A DNA stretch of 64,000 bases from an uncultured Candidatus Saccharibacteria bacterium (lineage in GTDB: Bacteria > Patescibacteriota > Minisyncoccia > Phycocordibacterales > UBA5272). This document shows positions 35,841 to 46,985 of the stretch, in pieces. The notes under the pieces were generated by a model that was not told the DNA's origin, did no database searches, and saw nothing but the letters and a program-made list of their open reading frames with translations. Where the stretch lies: NCBI GenBank assembly GCA_964635125.1, contig CAZWMQ010000001.1, positions 84,386 to 148,385 on the forward strand. The letters are read 5' to 3'. The position numbers and the translations under genes were made by a program. Every line of letters starts with the position of its first letter. Within the stretch, counting starts at the first letter, position 1.

Positions 35841-36617
35841 ATGGAAGGATTAGTAATTAATAGTGGTCGCAGAGATAATAAAAAATTTAAAGTTCTAGAT
35901 CTTAATTCTAATCAAGAGTTATTGATTCCAGATATTGAGTCAATAAACATTAATCCTTGGCTTTTAGCAATTTATTATAGAGCTGAAATAATTAGAGAAA
36001 GAATACAAAGAAGACATAATAGTGAGGAAGAAAAGGATCTATTTAAGAAATTATTTAAGGTGATTAAAAATAATAATCGCTCGGAAATATCTCTAGGAGA
36101 TATTAAGGTTGGCTTAGATAGTGAATCTTATTATGCTGAAAATATAGTAAAAAATCTAAAAGACGGGGAACATATTTGTATGTCTTATAATTTGGATGCC
36201 GAATCACAAATTGATTTTATAAAAGTTAAATTAAGTGAAGATAGAAAAGGGTTTGAAGAAGTAACATTTGTACAAATTAAAAGTAGCGATAATAAATCAA
36301 AATTTCAAGTCAAAGACACTCATGAGAAACAATTAAGAGACTCTTATCAAGATCAAATCAAGAATATAGAGAAATATATTCCGAGAATTTTGAAGTATAC
36401 TGAGGGTCTTCACGAGGAAGATCTATCAGAAATATTAAGAGAAAATAAAAAAGCTTATAGAGATAAAGGTGTGACTTCTGCAGATATTTTTTTAAAAATA
36501 AGAGGTAAATTTGAGATTAACAATATTATTAATGCTAGGCATTTTTATTCAGAAACAGTTAGAGTGTATCGAGATGAAAAAGACCAAGTTAATAGTATGA
36601 GAAGTCAAAAGGAATAG
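35841..36617 (+). CDS. Hypothetical protein
   Basis: 258 aa ORF, charged, no TM, no recognisable motif. Confidence 0.35.
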   Translation: MEGLVINSGRRDNKKFKVLDLNSNQELLIPDIESININPWLLAIYYRAEIIRERIQRRHNSEEEKDLFKKLFKVIKNNNRSEISLGDIKVGLDSESYYAENIVKNLKDGEHICMSYNLDAESQIDFIKVKLSEDRKGFEEVTFVQIKSSDNKSKFQVKDTHEKQLRDSYQDQIKNIEKYIPRILKYTEGLHEEDLSEILRENKKAYRDKGVTSADIFLKIRGKFEINNIINARHFYSETVRVYRDEKDQVNSMRSQKE

Positions 36618-36838
36618 ATATTTCCCTCGATTGAGTATGAGATTATGAGTATAGACAAAAAGATTAAAGATTTGGAAGCTAAAATACAGAAAAGACCAGG
36701 ACATAAAGATAATAGATATATTTTGAATATGATAGAAAATTTAAAGATTAAAAGAGAGGATTTGTTAAAACAATTATAGACACCTTTACTTTTATCTCTA
36801 AATATGGTATTCTAATTAAAGTAATCAAAAATTAAAAA

Positions 36839-37111
36839 ATGACAAAGATTAAAAATTTAAGAGACGAAGTTCTCTTAAAAAAAATTCAAGAACAGATCAC
36901 TCTTCTGAAAAATGGGCTATCTAGCCTTAATTCAGAGTATTCTCTAAAAGAACTCTATAAGGAGTTTTATCCAAGATTTATATTTACCTCAAAGGATTAT
37001 CAAACTTGTCTTGATAATTTCAATAAGGGTAAAATAAGTGAGGAGGATTTTAGAAAACAATTCGCAACTTTTTGTACCAAAAAACAAATAGAGTTAGGAA
37101 TTGTTTTTTAA
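36839..37111 (+). CDS. Hypothetical protein
   Basis: 90 aa ORF. Confidence 0.3.
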   Translation: MTKIKNLRDEVLLKKIQEQITLLKNGLSSLNSEYSLKELYKEFYPRFIFTSKDYQTCLDNFNKGKISEEDFRKQFATFCTKKQIELGIVF

Positions 37112-37271
37112 AAGAGAAGATTTTTCTTGAATTTTCCGCCTCCACTATATATGTAAGTAGAGGCGGATTTTCTTTTATAAAAGATATAAAAACATATATT
37201 ATTGACCTTATTATATAATTATGGTATTATTATATTAGCAACGATATTTTTGAACCTTAAAAATAAAAAAT

Positions 37272-37664
37272 ATGAAAAAAAGAGAATTAAAAGATGGTCT
37301 TTTTGGACCAGCCAATCCAAAGAAGTTTAGAATTTGGAGTGGCGGACAAAATACTTTTTTAAAAGAAGAATATTTTTTCTTTTTGAATGAAAAGGAAAGA
37401 CATATGGATATATTTTGTATGGAGTTCTGTACAGGATGTGGCCGGCTTCTTTTTTTTGATAAAGAAAAAGCTATGAAGTATTATGAAGAAATTTTTCTAG
37501 GAGATGCAAAAGATTTCTTAGAAAAATTATCTAACATCTCTAAAAGATCTCAGTATATCGAGGTCCCGGTATGTCAATACTGTGTTGAGGATCTTTCAAG
37601 GCAAGAAGCCGAAGCCAAGAAAGAAATACTTTTGAATCCAATTCCAGTAATTAAAAATTTTTAA
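37272..37664 (+). CDS. Hypothetical zinc-ribbon protein (CxxC...CxxC)
   Basis: 130 aa; CTGCG ... CQYC Cys pairs. Confidence 0.35.
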   Translation: MKKRELKDGLFGPANPKKFRIWSGGQNTFLKEEYFFFLNEKERHMDIFCMEFCTGCGRLLFFDKEKAMKYYEEIFLGDAKDFLEKLSNISKRSQYIEVPVCQYCVEDLSRQEAEAKKEILLNPIPVIKNF

Positions 37665-37665
37665 G

Positions 37666-37974
37666 ATGGAAACAATAAAGTTTAAGGGTTTAACTGCTGA
37701 AGAGCGGTTAAACCTAGATATGCCGGAGGATCTTTTTCAAGAAATGAAAGAAGATCCTAAAGTTAAAGAGTATCTTGAGCTAGAAAAAAATAAAAAGTCT
37801 AATTCTCGATCAGTTGAACTTTATCTATATATAATTAAAAAATATGTAGATAAAACTAAAGGGTTGACGGAGGTGAATCTTCTTTTAGAAGAAGTAACTC
37901 TGATTCCGGAGAGGTTAATTTTTCTTATAAATTTAAGAAAATTAACCTTAAAAAAACTTATAGAAAAATTTTGA
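37666..37974 (+). CDS. Hypothetical protein
   Basis: 102 aa ORF, 1-bp gap to the previous gene. Confidence 0.3.
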   Translation: METIKFKGLTAEERLNLDMPEDLFQEMKEDPKVKEYLELEKNKKSNSRSVELYLYIIKKYVDKTKGLTEVNLLLEEVTLIPERLIFLINLRKLTLKKLIEKF

Positions 37975-37980
37975 TTTTTT

Positions 37981-38010
37981 AAAACCGCTATTGCGGTTTT
38001 TATTTTTTGA
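37981..38010 (+). terminator. Rho-independent terminator aaaaccgctattgcggttttTATTTTTT
   Basis: Perfect hairpin followed by a T-run directly after the stop of the 37666 gene. Confidence 0.7.
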
Positions 38011-38215
38011 TGTATAATATTAGTATGAAAAATTGGCGAAAATTTTATAATTCTAAATTTAATACTTTCTTATTAATTATCTTAATAATTTTAATGATTA
38101 TAGCAATCATTTATATGAAAAAGAATCCAGGAATATATTTTCCTAATTAATTTTAAAGTTAAGGTTTAACTTTATATTTTATAGTTTCGTGTTATAATAA
38201 AACTCTTAAGAAGAT

Positions 38216-39154
38216 ATGGCAATTGGCAAATCTTTATACACCGAGCAGTCAAATAATGTTTTTAAGACTTGGCTTTATATGGCAGTGTTTGTTTTCTTAT
38301 TTGCTATTTTAGGGCTTTTTGTTGCTTATTATTATGGGAATGTTAGTATTTTCTATATCGCTATAATTATTGCTTTAATAATGAATATCTATTCATATTG
38401 GAAAAGTGATAAATTAGTCTTATCTATGTCTGGAGCGAAAGAGATTGCGAATAAATCTCAATATTCAGAGTTATGGAATGTTGTTGAAAATATAGCGATC
38501 ACCGCTGGATTACCAATGCCAAAGTTATATATTATTGACGATCCAATTCCGAATGCTTTCGCTACCGGAAGAAATAAAAATCATGCGGCGATCGCTGTTA
38601 CCTCAGGACTTGCTTCAATGTTAAATAAAAGTGAACTGGAAGGAGTGATTGCTCATGAGATGAGCCATATTGGGAATCGGGATATTTTAATCTCTACAAT
38701 CATTGTTGTCATGGTTTCAGCAGTAACATTTCTTTCGCAAATCTTTTTTAGATTTAGTATATTTGGTGGTGGAAGAAGTAATGATAGAGATTCAAATAGC
38801 GGAGGATTTCTAATGGTTGCTGGATTTATCGTAATGCTAGTCTTAGCGCCACTAGCAGCCACAGTTATACAATTAGCGATATCACGAAAGCGAGAATTCT
38901 TAGCGGATGCGGATGGAGCAATCTTAACTCGTTATCCAGAAGGGCTCGCTTCGGCCTTAGAAAAGATTTCCCAATTTAATCAACCTTTAAAGAAGGCTAA
39001 TAATGCTACGGCTCATTTATATATTGTAAATCCAATGGGACTTAATTCTAATAATATAGATGGAAAGAAAAAGACAAATTGGCTTACAAGATTATTTATG
39101 ACTCACCCTCCAATTGAAGAAAGAATTAAAGCTCTAATGGGGATGAAAGAGTAA
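38216..39154 (+). CDS. htpX: Heat-shock M48 protease HtpX
   Basis: 312 aa; TMs, HEMSHIGNRD (HExxH), C-terminal FMTHPPIEERI. Confidence 0.9.
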   Translation: MAIGKSLYTEQSNNVFKTWLYMAVFVFLFAILGLFVAYYYGNVSIFYIAIIIALIMNIYSYWKSDKLVLSMSGAKEIANKSQYSELWNVVENIAITAGLPMPKLYIIDDPIPNAFATGRNKNHAAIAVTSGLASMLNKSELEGVIAHEMSHIGNRDILISTIIVVMVSAVTFLSQIFFRFSIFGGGRSNDRDSNSGGFLMVAGFIVMLVLAPLAATVIQLAISRKREFLADADGAILTRYPEGLASALEKISQFNQPLKKANNATAHLYIVNPMGLNSNNIDGKKKTNWLTRLFMTHPPIEERIKALMGMKE

Positions 39155-39180
39155 GTTTAGGATTTTTTGGGAATCTCTTT
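39135..39180 (+). repeat. Direct repeat copy 1 (htpX 3' end: aagaaagaattaaagctctaatggg...) matching 45925-45970 with 3 mismatches
   Basis: About 46-bp near-identical direct repeat seen in the sequence. Confidence 0.8.
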
Positions 39181-39323
39181 TTTAGAATATTTTATATTAA
39201 TTCTATATTATAGAATAGTTGTTTAGATTAAATATTAAATATATTATATTTTTATAAGGTTTTACAGAATCTTTTAATTTTTGAGAAATAAAATCTGTTA
39301 TAATTATAATAACAGATAAATAT

Positions 39324-42300
39324 ATGGGTAATAGTAGAGCAAGAACTAATAAAAAAAGAACCCTAAGAGAAATTATAACTTCTAAGATGAGTAAAGAGGA
39401 TAGAGATGTCTTAATTAAGCGAGAAGCGGAAGAGTATTTAGCTATTTGTAGAGACGAATCTTGCCATAAGGTAGTTAAACAAGTAAAGAAGTCTAAGCAT
39501 TTTTTAAAATGAGCTATTAAACTAATCTTACCTGATTTTTTAGTTGGACATCCTAATCTTTTTGATAATTTCCGAACTCTACGAACCCATCCACAATTCC
39601 ATGCTTTTCGGAGAGCGATAATTGCTTGGATAATATTTACTGTAATAGTCAGCTCATCCGGAATCTATTCTTTAATTAATGCTAAAAAAAGTAGTGCTCA
39701 AGTACAATTTCAATTTAAAACTGGATATTATTTAGGGGCCGGAGATGGAACAGTCAAACATATTACAGGCTTAGGATTTAAGCCGGAGGTCTTGATAATA
39801 AAAGCTGATACTACAGCAGGATATGCAATATTTAAAACAGCCTCTATGTCAAGTGGAGAATATGCTTATTTTGCTGCTTCAGCAGATAATGTAGAGAATC
39901 AAATAACTTTTGATGACGATGGTTTTACTTTACAATTAAATGGAGATGTCAATGCTAATAATGTTATTTATAAATATATTGCCTTCGCCGGCAATGATTG
40001 TTCTTCATCTGGAGTAATGTGTTACGGTTCTTATAATGGAAATTATGTAGTCGGGTCACCTAATCAGACTATAAATACAGGATTTAGTCCTGATCTTGTA
40101 ATTGTAAAACGTACCATAACTACAGCCGCTAATTTTCTAACTTCTGTTATGCCAGATTCTGGAGCAGGATATGCTAGTTTTTTCACAGCTACGGCCGACG
40201 ACACTACTGCTAATTATTTTCCGGCGAATTCCATTAGCAGTAATGGGTTTACGGTGGGTCCATCTAACAATACTTATGCCGGATTATTTTATTATTTAAC
40301 TTTTAAAAAAGGTGCTGGGATTTTAGATGTCGGAAGTTATACTGGTAATGGAACTAGTCAAACCATAAGTCCTCCATTAATGTCTCAAGTTACTCCAAAC
40401 TTCGTACTTACTAAAGCTACCACTGCAGTTTTGCCTGTATTTAATACGACTCAAAGCTACGGTGACTATTCAAGTGTTTTATCTAATGCTGCTAATGTTA
40501 CTGGAGCTATAAAGCAATTAATTCCAGGCGGTTTTTCATTAGGTAATAGTAGCTATTCTAATAGTAATAATACAGGTTATTGATATTTTAGTTTTGCTGG
40601 TGGGAACATGCCGGTAGCCAACGGTTCATTTTTAATGAAAGCAGGATCATATGTTGGAGATGGCAGTGCTAACCGTACAATTGGAGATATAGGATTCACC
40701 CCTGATTTAGTTATTGTAAAATCTGACGGACCAGATTATGCAATTTGAAGCACATCCATGGATTATAATTTTTCTCATTATTTTTCAGTAGCCTTAGCTG
40801 GCATAACCAATGCTATTTTAGGTATGGTTAATGGCGGATTTACCATAGGATCACATTCTACAGTTAATACTAATGGTACAACTTATCATTATGAAGCTTT
40901 TGGAAATGCTTCAACCCCATTTGCAGGTGGGAGAGCGGCTGATTTTGTAATCGGAGCTTATACTGGTAATGGTTTAGTGAGAGATATAACTAATTTACCA
41001 GTTAGTCCTGACATGGTGATGATAAAAGAAAACGGTACAGATGCAGCGACTGTTTGGTCTTCAACTATAATGGCGACAGGGACAACAGCTTTCTTATCAG
41101 CAACAACTAACGATGTTTCTGGAAATTTAATCAAACAGATTAATTCAGATGGATTTTCTTTAGGTACTAATAATATTGTAAATCGATCTGGTTATGTAAA
41201 TAATTTCTTTGCCTTTTCAAAAAGTGCTGCTTTTAATATAGGATTATATACAGGTTCTGGCAGTCAGCAAGATATAACTACTACCGATGGAAATACTGCC
41301 ATAGGGTTTACCCCAGATTATGTCATAACTAAAAGAAGTACCAATGTTGATCCTGCTCATCGATCAAGCGCAATAGATTTAGGAAATACGACTCAGTATT
41401 TTAAAAATGTGGCTAATTTTAATAATGGTATTACTGATATTATTAATGGAGGATTTAGAGTGAGTACTGACGCCACCGTTAATACAAATAGTGGAACTTA
41501 TTATTTTTTTGCTTGAAAGGCTAGTACAGCTACAACTTCACCAGCAACACCAGTTAATGTTTCTCCACCTGATAATGCTTCTGATATTGGTTTAAACGAC
41601 ACTTTACAAGCTTCTGCTTATACAGATTTAAATCCTCAATTAGGTACTATGTGACAAATAGCAGATGATCCAAATTTTAATTCTTTAGTTTGAAGTCGAA
41701 CAACAAATAACGCTGAAACAAGTATTGTTATTAATTCTAGTAATGGAGTGTTTTCCGGTTCTTTAAATGGAAAACAAAAGCTTAAACACAACACTAATTA
41801 TTATTGAAGAGTAAAGTATTCTAATAGTGTGTATTCAGCATGATCGACCTCAACCTCTTTTAAAACTTTAGCAATAGATAAACCAACTAATATTTCTCCA
41901 ACAGATCAAGAAATTATTAGCACATTGAGTCCACTTCTAAGCGCTTCTACTTTTTCTGATCCAGAAGTAGGGGATACAGCAAATTTAGTTGAATGACAAA
42001 TAGATACTAAGATTAATTTTGACTCACCAATTTACGATTCGGGATCTATTAGCTATAATAATTCTATAACAATTCCAGACGCGACTCTTTCTGATAGGAC
42101 GGTATATTATTGAAGAGTTAGGTATTTGGATTCTGATAATCAATGATCTGATTATTCAACACCTACCAGATTCTTAACTTCTAAAGAAGCAGAAGTCTCG
42201 GTCAATCCTCTTTTCGGAGGGAATGTAGTTAATCAAGGAGACCAGGTAAAAATTGATGCCCAAGTTAAGACAGTAGATGGTTTAGCAGTTAATGATGCTA

Positions 42301-45300
42301 CAACGACAATTAGTATTTATAATCCTTCTGGTGCGAAGATTATCAATAATGAGACGATGAATTACATCGCATCATCTAGTGGTATTTATCGATATCCATT
42401 TACTATTCCAAATATTGATGGAAGTTATTTGTATGAAATATCTGCAAAGACTGGTATATATAATGGACTAGGAGCAGCAAATTTTGAAGTTAGAAATACA
42501 GCACAAGATATAGCTGATACAAAATCTACAGTGGTAAATAATAACAATCTAATTACTGACACTAAAAATATTGCCTCAAATACTCAAAATCTTACAAATA
42601 ATATAAAGACTACGGTGGAAGATACTCAAAACATTGCTTCCAATACTCAAAATCTCGCGAATAATATAAAAACCACTGTAGATGACACACAGTCTATCGC
42701 TTCTTCTACGAATTCTCTAACTTCTTCTATTAAAAATACAGTGGAGAGTAATAAAGCCAACCTAGATATTTTAGTTGGAGCTTTTATTGTGACTCAAGGA
42801 TCGGTGAATGACGCTTCTCCCACAACTAATTCTTTTATCTCTTCTCTGACGAATTCTACTGATAATTTTTATAAAAATTCAGTCTTAACTTTTACTTCTG
42901 GAGTCTTAGACGGACAAAGTAGAAGAGTCAGTGATTATAGTGGGACTACTAAGAGATTCACTTTAGATCCTGCTTTGACTAATGCACCAGTTACGGGAGA
43001 TACTTTTACTATCACTACCCAAAATGTCCGAGTCGAAGAACAAGTTGCTGATCACGAGGCCTCATCTTCAGCTTTTCGAGCTGACACTACTTCTCGTTTA
43101 ACAAGTATTGAAGGTAAAGTAGATTCAATTATCTCAACTTTAAATACTGTAGATTCTAATTTAGATGATGCTCAAAGTATGCTTAATCAAGTAAGACAAG
43201 CTCAAAATAATAATTATACTATTGAGTATTCTGATATATCTAAAATTCAAGCTGGGACCACTTATCGTGCTAAATTAACCATTTTAGATTTTCAAGATAA
43301 GCCAGTTGATGCTTCTTCCACTCCGTCTGTGATAATTTATGATCCTACACGAGCAACAGCTACAGGTACTCCAGCCACTATGACTAGGCTCTCAACTGGA
43401 GTTTATGAATATACTTATATCACTAGTACTGATGCCGTGGCTGGATTGTGAGAGAGTGTAGCTACAATTAATATAAACGGAGAAAATATTACAAAGAATG
43501 ATTATTTTGAAGTAGCCGGAGCTCCTGCTCAGGTGTTTATTAATAGTATAAGTAATACTAATATCCCTAATATTTCAGCTGAAACAACAATTACCAACGA
43601 AGGAGGGGGAGAATATGAATATCATTATGAATGATGTGTAGTCTCAACTGAAAACAATCCTTGTGGAGGAAGTGATGATATTTATTATGCTTCCGGAGCT
43701 AAGCTTATATCACCTGGACAGAGTTTTACTCCAACTTTGACCGCCACAGTCAATCAGATTGGTGATTATTGGTTTAAGTTAGTCGTATATTATGGTACAG
43801 AAGTAAGTGCAGCTTCAAGAACATTTACAGCCACTAATAATATAAATAACAATGGTAATAGTAGTGGTAGCAGTGGAGGGGGTGTCTCTTATAATCCCGC
43901 TAGCCAAACAGATATATATCAAGAATTAACAGATATTCATAATCAATTAGATATAAATTCTCAAAAGCTTTCGGCCACCTTAGATAGTCTAGGAATTATT
44001 AATCCAGTTTTAAAAAATCTTTTAGAAGTAGTTAGTTTAAGTAGTAATAATTTAAAAGACACCCAGAATAAAGTTGCCGATCTTAAAGCTATTTCAGCAA
44101 CTATTAGACAAATTGTCGATGGAGGAGCAACTACACCAACTGTAGAGACCTATATGAAATTTAATTCTGTTGAAATTCATTTTCTTATTACCAATCCTTC
44201 AGATGAAGCTCAGACAGTAAAATTTAAAGCTTTCTTGCCAGCTGAAGCTAAACCAGAAAATATAATGAATTTAGACGGATTACAAATAGACTATGATACA
44301 AATGCTAATAGTTATTATGTTCACGGGGATATTTATCTAAAAGCAAAAGAAAGTATTGCCAAGGAAGTCGAGATGAAAGATATCTGACAATTTTCTAAAG
44401 AAGAAATACAATCTATCAGAGACCAAGTCTCAGAATTAATTGGATTATTAAAAAAATCTCAATATGAAACTGATGGAGTATTATTAAAAAATAGTATAGA
44501 ATCAACATTAAATATTATTACAAATAAACAAGACGAGAGTTATTCCTCCCCTCAAGAACACATTGTTACATTTAGAGAAAATCAAGAGAGAATGCTAGAA
44601 GTTAAAAATAATTTAGAGAAATTAAAGTCTTTAGTTTCAGAGGCTAATAATTCTAAAAGTATAGTTGGAAATATTGGAGGTATACAAACTTTTGCTACCT
44701 GAGGAATTATTTTAGCTATTGTCTTTGGATTCGCTTTACTGGCTGTTGTGATATTTGCTATGTGAAGGCATCAAACCATTTTAGCTACACAAGCTTTAGG
44801 TTTAAGTAAATTAGATACAGATAAGCATTTTGGTAAGAAAGTATTTGATAAATACTCAAATGTAGATATTAATGAGGAGGCAGGATATTTTCATCAACAT
44901 AAGTCTATTAAAAAGATAGTCTTAGTTATTATTTTATCCTCAATGATTATAGTATTTGGTATTTTTGCTTCCAGGTATATATATAGATTTAAAGATATAT
45001 CATTTTTGAAAAATATAAAAGTAATCGATGATAAAGTTAATGTAAATAACACTTTAATTAAAGAAGAAGATAAAGGCGATACTAGTGTTCCCACAAGCGA
45101 GGAAAAAGCTAATACTAATTTAGCTCAAAATGATTTAGATAATATAAGCTCTAACAATACTGATTTATTGGAAATATTAAATACTGAAACGGGCTGACTA
45201 AATGTTAGAAGTGAACCATCTTCTAAATCTGATTTAATCAATAAAGTATATCCACAAGAGAAATATCAGTATATAGACAAAAAAGATAATTGGTATAAAA

Positions 45301-45362
45301 TTATATTAAAAGATAAATCTACAGGTTGGGTCTATGATAAATATGTTAAAATCACCAATTAA
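39324..45362 (+). CDS. Giant cell-surface protein (about 2012 aa) with N-terminal cytoplasmic basic segment and TM, tandem beta-rich repeats, FN3/Ig-like segments with conserved YYWRV, 21-aa tandem repeats, two C-terminal TMs and a C-terminal bacterial SH3 (SH3b) domain; at least 15 UGA-Trp codons
   Basis: Six track ORFs (39324, 39792, 40758, 42357, 43737, 44943) and the intervening segments all lie in one frame with no TAA/TAG; UGA falls at W of repeated YY-W-RVKY/RVRY motifs; C-terminal WLNVRSEPS..GWVYDKYVKI SH3b-like. Confidence 0.75.
42567..42755 (+). repeat. Three tandem 63-bp (21-aa) repeats NIASNTQNLTNNIKTTVEDTQ inside the giant gene
   Basis: Direct tandem repetition at DNA and protein level. 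Confidence 0.8.
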
Positions 45363-45801
45363 AAAAGAAGAATTAATATTTGATACTCTTACAAAGAGTA
45401 TCGCCTTATTGGTAATGGGGCTAATTTTACCAGCAATCATAATTGTGATTGTTAAATTTACTGGATATTCTGAAGTTGTAGAAGAAATAGCTAAAGCCAC
45501 CATTGTTTTATTTTTAATATCAAATTTAAAAACTTACAGATTAGAGGTTATTTTTGCCATACTTTTTGGTTTTTTATTTGGCTTATCTGAAAATATTTTT
45601 TATTTTAATCAGATTTTACAATCAGGTAATATGGATACTTTTTGGCAAAGGTTTATTTGGACTATACCTATGCATATTTTTACAGTATTAATAATGACTT
45701 TAACAGCGACGGGTAGAAAATGGTTTTTATTTTTTGGTATTTTGGCAGCAATAGTGGTTCATATTATATTTAATGTGATAATTGCCCCAAGTCTTATTTA
45801 A
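45334..45801 (+). CDS. Hypothetical polytopic membrane protein (overlaps the giant gene by 29 nt)
   Basis: 155 aa with 4-5 TM helices. Confidence 0.4.
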   Translation: MINMLKSPIKKEELIFDTLTKSIALLVMGLILPAIIIVIVKFTGYSEVVEEIAKATIVLFLISNLKTYRLEVIFAILFGFLFGLSENIFYFNQILQSGNMDTFWQRFIWTIPMHIFTVLIMTLTATGRKWFLFFGILAAIVVHIIFNVIIAPSLI

Positions 45802-45924
45802 TAGTCTGGAATAATTAAGCTTAAAGTCGAGGTCTAATATTGAAGCTGTGGTATACTTTATATACAATATAAATAAGACACAAAAGGAATAGTAGAGTCT
45901 TCAGGTATGAGATCGTTTTAAAAT

Positions 45925-45970
45925 TTAAGAAAGAATTAAAGCTCTAATGGGTATGAAAGAATAAGTTTAT
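45925..45970 (+). repeat. Direct repeat copy 2 (degenerate duplicate of the htpX 3' end)
   Basis: Matches 39135-39180. Confidence 0.8.
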
Positions 45971-45979
45971 GGAAAAAAC

Positions 45980-46510
45980 ATGAAAAATAATTTAAGAAAA
46001 TTCTGGGATAATTTATTTTTAATATTTTTAATTATTTATACTATAGTGACTATTTCTCATGTATTTAAATTTGAGAAGATTTGATGGGTGTATTTATTAT
46101 TTTTAGCTGGATTACTTCTAGCTAGATTCGCTCATGTTAGGAAAAATTATATTACGATTATTCTTTTATTAATTCACATGAGTATTGAATGATTCGAATG
46201 GTCACAGAGTGGGATGAGTTTCGGGCAAGGAATATGGAATGCCCTTCATGTAATAATGGACTTTGTCTTTCTTACTCATGAATTATCAGTTCATGCTAAG
46301 AGACATCGTTATACTATACTATCAGTCTGTGTAGTTTTTCTTCTATCTATATTTATTTTAGGGCATTTTATAATTCCAAGAGTCCCAGCTATTCTAGATT
46401 CAATTGAGCCATTTGTAATTGGAGGAATATTGGGCTGTGTTCTGTCACATCTTTATTATCATTTACGAAGTAGTTTTAAATTATTAGAAGGAAGAGAGCA
46501 TTGGCATTAG
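45980..46510 (+). CDS. Hypothetical membrane protein (176 aa; 2 UGA-Trp)
   Basis: ATG at 45980 in frame with track ORF 46214 through two TGAs; several TM helices. Confidence 0.4.
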
Positions 46511-46926
46511 GATTTATTTTTGAGATGTTTAGAATATCCATAGATTATTAAAGCACAAGTAATTAGGGCTAAATTTTTAATAATATATTGGCCTTCTAAA
46601 CTTGGTACAGAGAATCCATCTCAAGTTTCTTCAGTCAAAAATAATAATGGTCCAAAAGTGGTAATCATATGGATTATAAACATTGGCAAGACGACCTTTT
46701 CTAAACCTTTAATTAAGAAAAATATTCCAATTAAGCATTCAAATATTCCAAAGCAGATTAAGAATGTCTCAAAACTCATAAAAGGAATTGTTCTCTCAAA
46801 AAGATTTTTAATTAAATCACTAGCCGGGGATAATCCTAAGACTTTTAATATTCCAAACCAGAAATATATTATAAATAAACTGACTCTCGACATTGGAAGT
46901 AAAATTTTTAAATAATAATTATTCAT
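46507..46926 (-). CDS. Hypothetical membrane protein, DoxX-like (139 aa; one UGA-Trp)
   Basis: Track ORF 46621..46926 continues through a TGA to TAA at 46507-46509; 3-4 TM helices. Confidence 0.35.
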
Positions 46927-46985
46927 ATTTTTATATATAATTATAACATTTAAAAGTAGGATATAAACGATGTTATAATCATACT

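Larger units (their letters stand above)
39181..45924 (+). mobile_element. About 6.7-kb insertion bounded by direct repeats of the htpX 3' end, carrying a giant surface protein gene and a small membrane protein gene; integrase-less cassette or integration scar
   Basis: Flanking 46-bp direct repeats duplicating the last 20 codons of htpX; content is accessory-type. Confidence 0.4.

Noticed and set aside
39181-45924. Prophage or integrative conjugative element
   Set aside because: No integrase, recombinase, capsid, terminase or conjugation genes are present. Only direct repeats and cargo genes are seen, so it is described as a cassette or scar rather than a prophage
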